Positions 59,652 to 64,000 of a DNA stretch of 64,000 nt are shown here, in pieces; the stretch's first letter is position 1; every line of letters begins with the position of its first letter. The stretch is from Chitinophaga pinensis. Lineage in GTDB: Bacteria > Bacteroidota > Bacteroidia > CAMBQF01. The translations under genes and the position numbers were made by a program. The stretch is taken from contig CAMBQF010000001.1 in assembly GCA_945869825.1 (NCBI GenBank), forward strand, positions 18,372-82,371, read 5' to 3'. The notes below the pieces were generated by a model. It did not search any database and had not been told where the DNA came from. It was given only the letters and a program-made list of their open reading frames with translations.

Positions 59652-60098
59652 TTAAAATGGCAAATCGTCGGTAGGGCCTTCTATAGGCGGCGCAGGCTCA
59701 GATGTATTGGTACCAGCGTTGTAAGCAGGTTCTGCTGCTGCTCCACCTTGTTGGTCTTCGCGTCTTTGCAGGCCACCCAGCAGGGTAATATTATCGGCAA
59801 TAATTTCGGTAGTGTAGCGTTTGTTGCCGTCGCGGTCTTCCCAAGAGCGGGTGCGTAGTTTACCCTCAATATATAGTTGCTTGCCTTTGCGTATGTATTT
59901 TTCGGCCAGTTCGGCCAGGCCGCGCCATAAAACAATGTTGTGCCATTCTGTTTGTTCCATACGTTGGCCTTCTCGGTCGCGGTAGGTTTCGGTAGTTGCT
60001 AAAGGAAAAGTAGCCTTGCTTGTTCCATTCTCCATGTGGCGTATTTCAGGGTCTTTCCCAACGTTGCCAATTAAAATTACTTTATTAACTCCTGACAT
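59652..60098 (-). CDS. ssb: single-stranded DNA-binding protein
   Basis: OB-fold N-terminus (KVILIGNVGKDPE), Gly/Gln-rich linker, acidic C-terminal tail DDLPF. Confidence 0.9.
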   Translation of the reverse strand: MSGVNKVILIGNVGKDPEIRHMENGTSKATFPLATTETYRDREGQRMEQTEWHNIVLWRGLAELAEKYIRKGKQLYIEGKLRTRSWEDRDGNKRYTTEIIADNITLLGGLQRREDQQGGAAAEPAYNAGTNTSEPAPPIEGPTDDLPF

Positions 60099-60577
60099 TT
60101 TCTCGTAATTTTTTAATTCAATAAATTAAGCCTTTTGGTATGATATGAAACAAACGTACGGGAAAAAAATTAGCCTTGCAATATAGGGCAGGTAAATTTA
60201 TAAGTGTATATACAAGGGTTTGTAAATAAGCAATTTATAGTTTAAAATGATATTTGGTATTATTGTCCTATGCGGACAGCACTTCCTTTTTGCTTGATCA
60301 AAAAGGAAGCAAAAAATCAACGGCAGCATTTCTCAACGACCCGCTAAGAGGTCGTTCGCTAAACCGCGCAAACTCGTCCTGCGGACTCAAACAGCGCGCG
60401 CTTTGTCCCGCAAGGGCGGAACCGCTCACTTTCTCTGCGGGTCCCCGTTTCGAAACGCTAAGCCGGTCTCTGTCCGTAACCGGACAAAGGTTCTAAATCC
60501 GGGCATGGACAGACCAGCGCACAATGGACATCCCATAAGTTAATAGCCCGTGAAACAACTCTCCCTTTTAAAGGGAG

Positions 60578-60608
60578 TACCTCGCGTAGCGAGGGGAGGG
60601 ATTTTTTT
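60578..60608. terminator. hairpin (CCTCGC-GTA-GCGAGG) + T7; terminator-like on plus strand, immediately after kynU stop on minus strand
   Basis: perfect 6-bp stem with flanking second hairpin CTCCCTTTTAAAGGGAG; T-run on plus strand only. Confidence 0.35.
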
Positions 60609-61893
60609 AAATTACCTCAGAAACGATTTTGGCGAAACGGTAACAATCGCTAAACGAGTTGTACAATGGTACCGGCGCTATGCGGATAACGTTGGGGTTG
60701 CGCCAGTCGGCTATAACACCGTTTGCGGTTAGGGCATCAAACACCTCGCGCCCTTTGTCATTAAATAGCAACGACAGCTGGCAGCCACGCTCCGCAGGGT
60801 TGCTTGGGGTGATGATTTCAAACGCATTAGTAGCGTTTACCTGTTGTAAACAGAACTCCAAATAGGCGGTAAGCTGCTTGCTTTTGGCAGTTAGTGCATC
60901 CATGCCCGCCTCGGCAAATAGTGCTACAGATGCCCTGTGCGCTGCCATAGACAAGATAGGGGCGTTGCTTAGCTGCCAGCCTTCGGCGCTTTCTATCGGG
61001 TTAAAACCCGGCTCCATTTTAAAGCGGTTTTCTTTGTTATGGCCCCACCAACCGGCCATACGCGGCAGGTTAGATTTGTGGTGTTTTTCGTGTACAAAAG
61101 CTCCCGCCACACTGCCCGGCCCCGAGTTTAAGTACTTATAGCTGCACCAGCAGGCAAAGTCTACATTCCAGTTGTGGAGTTCTAAGGCTACGTTGCCGGC
61201 GGCATGTGCCAAATCGAAACCACAGAAAGCACCGGTTTTGTGGGTAGCTTCGGTAATGGTTTTCATATCGTACAATTGCCCATTGTAGTAGTTTACCCCG
61301 CCAATAATAACCACTGCCAACTCATTTGCGTGTTGGTTTATTGTGTCTATTATTTGTTGGGTAGCGGTATAGTAACCATCAGAATAATCAATCTCTATAA
61401 CCGCTTCTTTAGGGTCGAAACCATGCAACCGCGCTTGCGATTCAAAGGCATAACTATCACTAGGGAAAGGTTTTTTCTCGCAGATGATTTTGTAGCGGTC
61501 TTTAGTAGGGCGGTAAAAGCTGGTTAGCAGCAGGTGCAGGTTTACGGTAAGCTGGTTCATTACCACCACCTCGCTTGGCAAGGCACCCACAATGGCGCTT
61601 ACATCGGTAGCAAAGCGTTCGTGGTAGGGCATCCAGTTGCCGCTGGTAATGGTGGTGCCGTTGGCCAGGGTTTTCTCCCGGTTGGTAAAATGGCCTTCTA
61701 CTCCCAGCTCGGCCCAAACATCCAGTTCGGCCTGTATATACTCCCCTAAATTTTTAGGTTGAAGGCCTAACGAGTTGCCGCATAAATACACTGCCGGTTG
61801 CCCGTTGTGTTTAGGTAGTAAAAACTTATCGCGGAAGCTTTTTAGCTTATCGTTAGTGTCTTGTTGTTGGGCAAATTGCTCTGTAAACTCCAT
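60607..61893 (-). CDS. kynU: kynureninase
   Basis: 428 aa with kynureninase-like N-terminus and PLP-dependent aminotransferase class V region. Confidence 0.8.
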   Translation of the reverse strand: MEFTEQFAQQQDTNDKLKSFRDKFLLPKHNGQPAVYLCGNSLGLQPKNLGEYIQAELDVWAELGVEGHFTNREKTLANGTTITSGNWMPYHERFATDVSAIVGALPSEVVVMNQLTVNLHLLLTSFYRPTKDRYKIICEKKPFPSDSYAFESQARLHGFDPKEAVIEIDYSDGYYTATQQIIDTINQHANELAVVIIGGVNYYNGQLYDMKTITEATHKTGAFCGFDLAHAAGNVALELHNWNVDFACWCSYKYLNSGPGSVAGAFVHEKHHKSNLPRMAGWWGHNKENRFKMEPGFNPIESAEGWQLSNAPILSMAAHRASVALFAEAGMDALTAKSKQLTAYLEFCLQQVNATNAFEIITPSNPAERGCQLSLLFNDKGREVFDALTANGVIADWRNPNVIRIAPVPLYNSFSDCYRFAKIVSEVI

Positions 61894-61974
61894 TTTTCTG
61901 AGGTGCTAGCTTCTAGGTGTTAGGTGCTAGGAGCGACGATAAAATGCTAAAACCTAGAACCTAAAACCTAGAAC

Positions 61975-64000
61975 CTATTTTGGGTATTCTATCCTTGCGT
62001 GGTACATATTGCCCAGCATCTTTTTAAATATTTTGCGGGCGGTATCAATATCTTTTAGGGTAATGTCGCTCTCGTTAAACTGCTCGTCTTCAATCATCCG
62101 GTGTATAATGGAATCAACCAGGTTGTTTAACGATTCAGGGTCTTTAGACTTTAAGCTGCGCGAAGCCGCCTCTACCGAATCGGCCATCATAAGTACGGCG
62201 GTTTCTTTACTAAACGGCTTTGGGCCGGGGTAAGAGAACAGTTCTAAATCGACAGCACGATCAGGAAATTTTTTTATGTACGAGTTGTAGAAATACTGTA
62301 CCCGCGTGGTGCCGTGGTGGGTTTCTATAAAGTCGATAATTTGCTGGGGCAGCCTGTTGCGACTGGCAATTTCTACCCCCCGGGCTACATGGTTTACAAT
62401 AATATGGGCGCTTTGGTCAAACTCAATACTATCGTGTGGGTTTACGCCTTCTACCTGGTTCTCTATAAAGTACAGCGGCATCTCCATTTTACCAATATCG
62501 TGGTACAGTGCCCCAGTGCGCACCAGCATAGAGTTGCCACCAATTTTATCTACCGCAGCCTCGGCCAGGTTGGCAACCTGCAACGAGTGTTGGAAGGTAC
62601 CCGGGGCTTTTAGCGCCAGTTCTTTTAATAGCGGGCTATTGGTGTCGGCCAGTTCCAGCAAACGCACATCAGATGTGAAACCAAAAAGTTTCTCGAATAT
62701 GAATATAGACGGGTAGGCAAACAGCACTAACAAGCTGCTGCCAGCAAACCAAACGTAGGGTTTTAAGTAGATGTTGTCAAAGCTACCTTCGTGCAAAATT
62801 TCTATGCCTGTGTAGCCAAGGGCGTACATACCAAATATCATAGCGGCGGCAATAATAAGCTGGCCGCGCTTTTTAAGGCCTACAATGCTAAATAGCGCAA
62901 TAATGCCAGCCGCTAGTTGCAGGAATACAAACTCGAAGCTATTGGGTATGATAAAACCTACCACCAGCACCGTTATAAGGTGTGTATAGAGGGCCACGCG
63001 GGTATCAAAAAACGCCCTTATAATAATGGTAACAATACAGAATGGCACCAGGTAAATGTTCAGTTCATCAAACTGAAGCACTAACCAGCAGGTAAATACC
63101 ATAAGTACAATAATGAAGAAAAGAAACGAAAAGCGGGCATTGTCGCGCACCATCTCTTTACGGAAAAGCCATAAAAACAGCACCAGCAATATAAGGGCCA
63201 TAGATATGACCACGGCTTGCCCAATGCTTACTGCCCAGCTATTGTAATTATCGCCATATTGTTTTTCAGTTTCCAATCGCAGCGACTCCAGCTTCTGGAA
63301 CACCTCATTGTTTACAATATTGCCACGGCGCACAATTACTTCGTCTTTGCTAACAAGCCCCTGTGTTATAGAAATATCATCTTCTAAATCAGCTTTATAG
63401 TCCTGGCTTAGGTCGCTTTCGTAAAAAATATCGGGTTCCAGCTGCTTAGCAATAATGCCAACTACCTCTTGCGGCATATCGGGGTGGCGCCTTAACACCC
63501 AGGCATTTAAAGAGTCTTTTACGGCCTCCATTTTTATAAACGAAGCCAGGGGCCTTTCATCTGCATATTTACCCTCAACAATGGTAATTTCAAAATTGCC
63601 GCGCTTGCCTCTTAAAATGTCATTTTCAGCATAAATGCCGTAGCGGTAAATTTCGTCTATCAGCCTAAGGCCAATGCTCAGGTTTTCGGCTGTGTTAAGC
63701 ACCAGTTTTTCTTTAGAGCGGCGCATAACCATGCCGCTGTCTGCCTGTTCGGCACCCAGTTCTTTTTTAAAGCGGGTTTTAGCTTTATCGTGCACGCCAC
63801 GGCTTATGGTAAAAAAGGGCTTAAAACCCTTACGCACCCCTTCAAACTCATTATCAAGTTCAAGGGTTGATTTGAAGATTGGAAAGCTGAATGGAGCCTT
63901 TAAATCTTCGTATTGCCAGGGTTTGTTTTTTTGATACTCGTACTTAAACTTGCGGCTGTTCGGGAACATCCATACCACCAGCATTACCGTTAGTATAAAC
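61975..64000 (-). CDS. 7TM-receptor HDIG-domain phosphohydrolase (PgpH/YqfF-like), 5' end may extend past window
   Basis: Extracellular N-domain, 7TM block, C-terminal HD domain with LYHDIGKM motif. Confidence 0.7.
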   Translation of the reverse strand, partial: FILTVMLVVWMFPNSRKFKYEYQKNKPWQYEDLKAPFSFPIFKSTLELDNEFEGVRKGFKPFFTISRGVHDKAKTRFKKELGAEQADSGMVMRRSKEKLVLNTAENLSIGLRLIDEIYRYGIYAENDILRGKRGNFEITIVEGKYADERPLASFIKMEAVKDSLNAWVLRRHPDMPQEVVGIIAKQLEPDIFYESDLSQDYKADLEDDISITQGLVSKDEVIVRRGNIVNNEVFQKLESLRLETEKQYGDNYNSWAVSIGQAVVISMALILLVLFLWLFRKEMVRDNARFSFLFFIIVLMVFTCWLVLQFDELNIYLVPFCIVTIIIRAFFDTRVALYTHLITVLVVGFIIPNSFEFVFLQLAAGIIALFSIVGLKKRGQLIIAAAMIFGMYALGYTGIEILHEGSFDNIYLKPYVWFAGSSLLVLFAYPSIFIFEKLFGFTSDVRLLELADTNSPLLKELALKAPGTFQHSLQVANLAEAAVDKIGGNSMLVRTGALYHDIGKMEMPLYFIENQVEGVNPHDSIEFDQSAHIIVNHVARGVEIASRNRLPQQIIDFIETHHGTTRVQYFYNSYIKKFPDRAVDLELFSYPGPKPFSKETAVLMMADSVEAASRSLKSKDPESLNNLVDSIIHRMIEDEQFNESDITLKDIDTARKIFKKMLGNMYHARIEYPK

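Noticed and set aside
60254-60496. 80-aa ORF in the kynU–ssb spacer
   Set aside because: Its translation is Ser/Arg/Leu low-complexity. The region is better explained as structured non-coding RNA or DNA.
60270-60606. tmRNA, RNase P RNA, SRP RNA or 6S RNA assignment for the structured spacer
   Set aside because: There is no ALAA-stop tag frame and no tRNA-like 3' end on either strand. A CR-V-like motif occurs only ~140 nt from the possible 5' end and upstream is the kynU coding sequence, so RNase P is excluded. No SRP domain-IV motif is present.
1-64000. CRISPR arrays, tRNA or rRNA genes, and transposases or integrases
   Set aside because: I scanned the intergenic regions and found no regularly spaced direct repeats, no cloverleaf-compatible tRNA sequences and no recombinase-like ORFs.

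Overview
This window reads as a Bacteroidetes chromosomal segment. A bifunctional lpxC–fabZ gene, two C-terminal T9SS sorting domains, gldE-like and TonB-dependent receptor genes, and roughly 43–45% GC support that assignment. About 65 genes are packed densely on both strands.

Most are housekeeping genes (gene-by-gene calls are in the feature list), among them the lpxD–lpxC/fabZ–lpxA lipid-A cluster, a galT–galK pair, and a two-component system. Between them sit outer-membrane and secreted-protein genes. These include two TonB-dependent receptors, two T9SS-secreted proteins, several beta-barrel and OmpA-like proteins, SCO1/YHS copper proteins, cytochrome-c-like proteins, an ECF sigma/anti-sigma pair, and a PAS histidine kinase with a response regulator.

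Items that stand out:
- An AT-rich insertion at about 30.4–34.0 kb carries a DTE-motif proton-pumping microbial rhodopsin. It is followed by a single gene that appears to fuse lycopene beta-cyclase (CrtY) to a Brp/Blh beta-carotene 15,15'-dioxygenase, which together would form a light-driven pump plus retinal-synthesis module.
- A canonical TPP riboswitch sits upstream of a TonB-dependent receptor.
- A biopterin-type aromatic amino acid hydroxylase carries an unexplained ~270-aa C-terminal extension and is translationally coupled to an SDR, possibly a pterin reductase.
- Two tandem paralogous coiled-coil proteins at the left edge share a novel Cys-containing C-terminal domain.
- A ~500-nt ORF-free, hairpin-rich region lies between kynU and ssb, a likely ncRNA that I could not assign to a family. 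It shares short GC-rich motifs with a second non-coding island at about 27.1 kb.
- An unusual hairpin built of heptad repeats lies between kynU and the 7TM-HDIG gene.

I found no CRISPR array, tRNA or rRNA genes, transposases or integrases.
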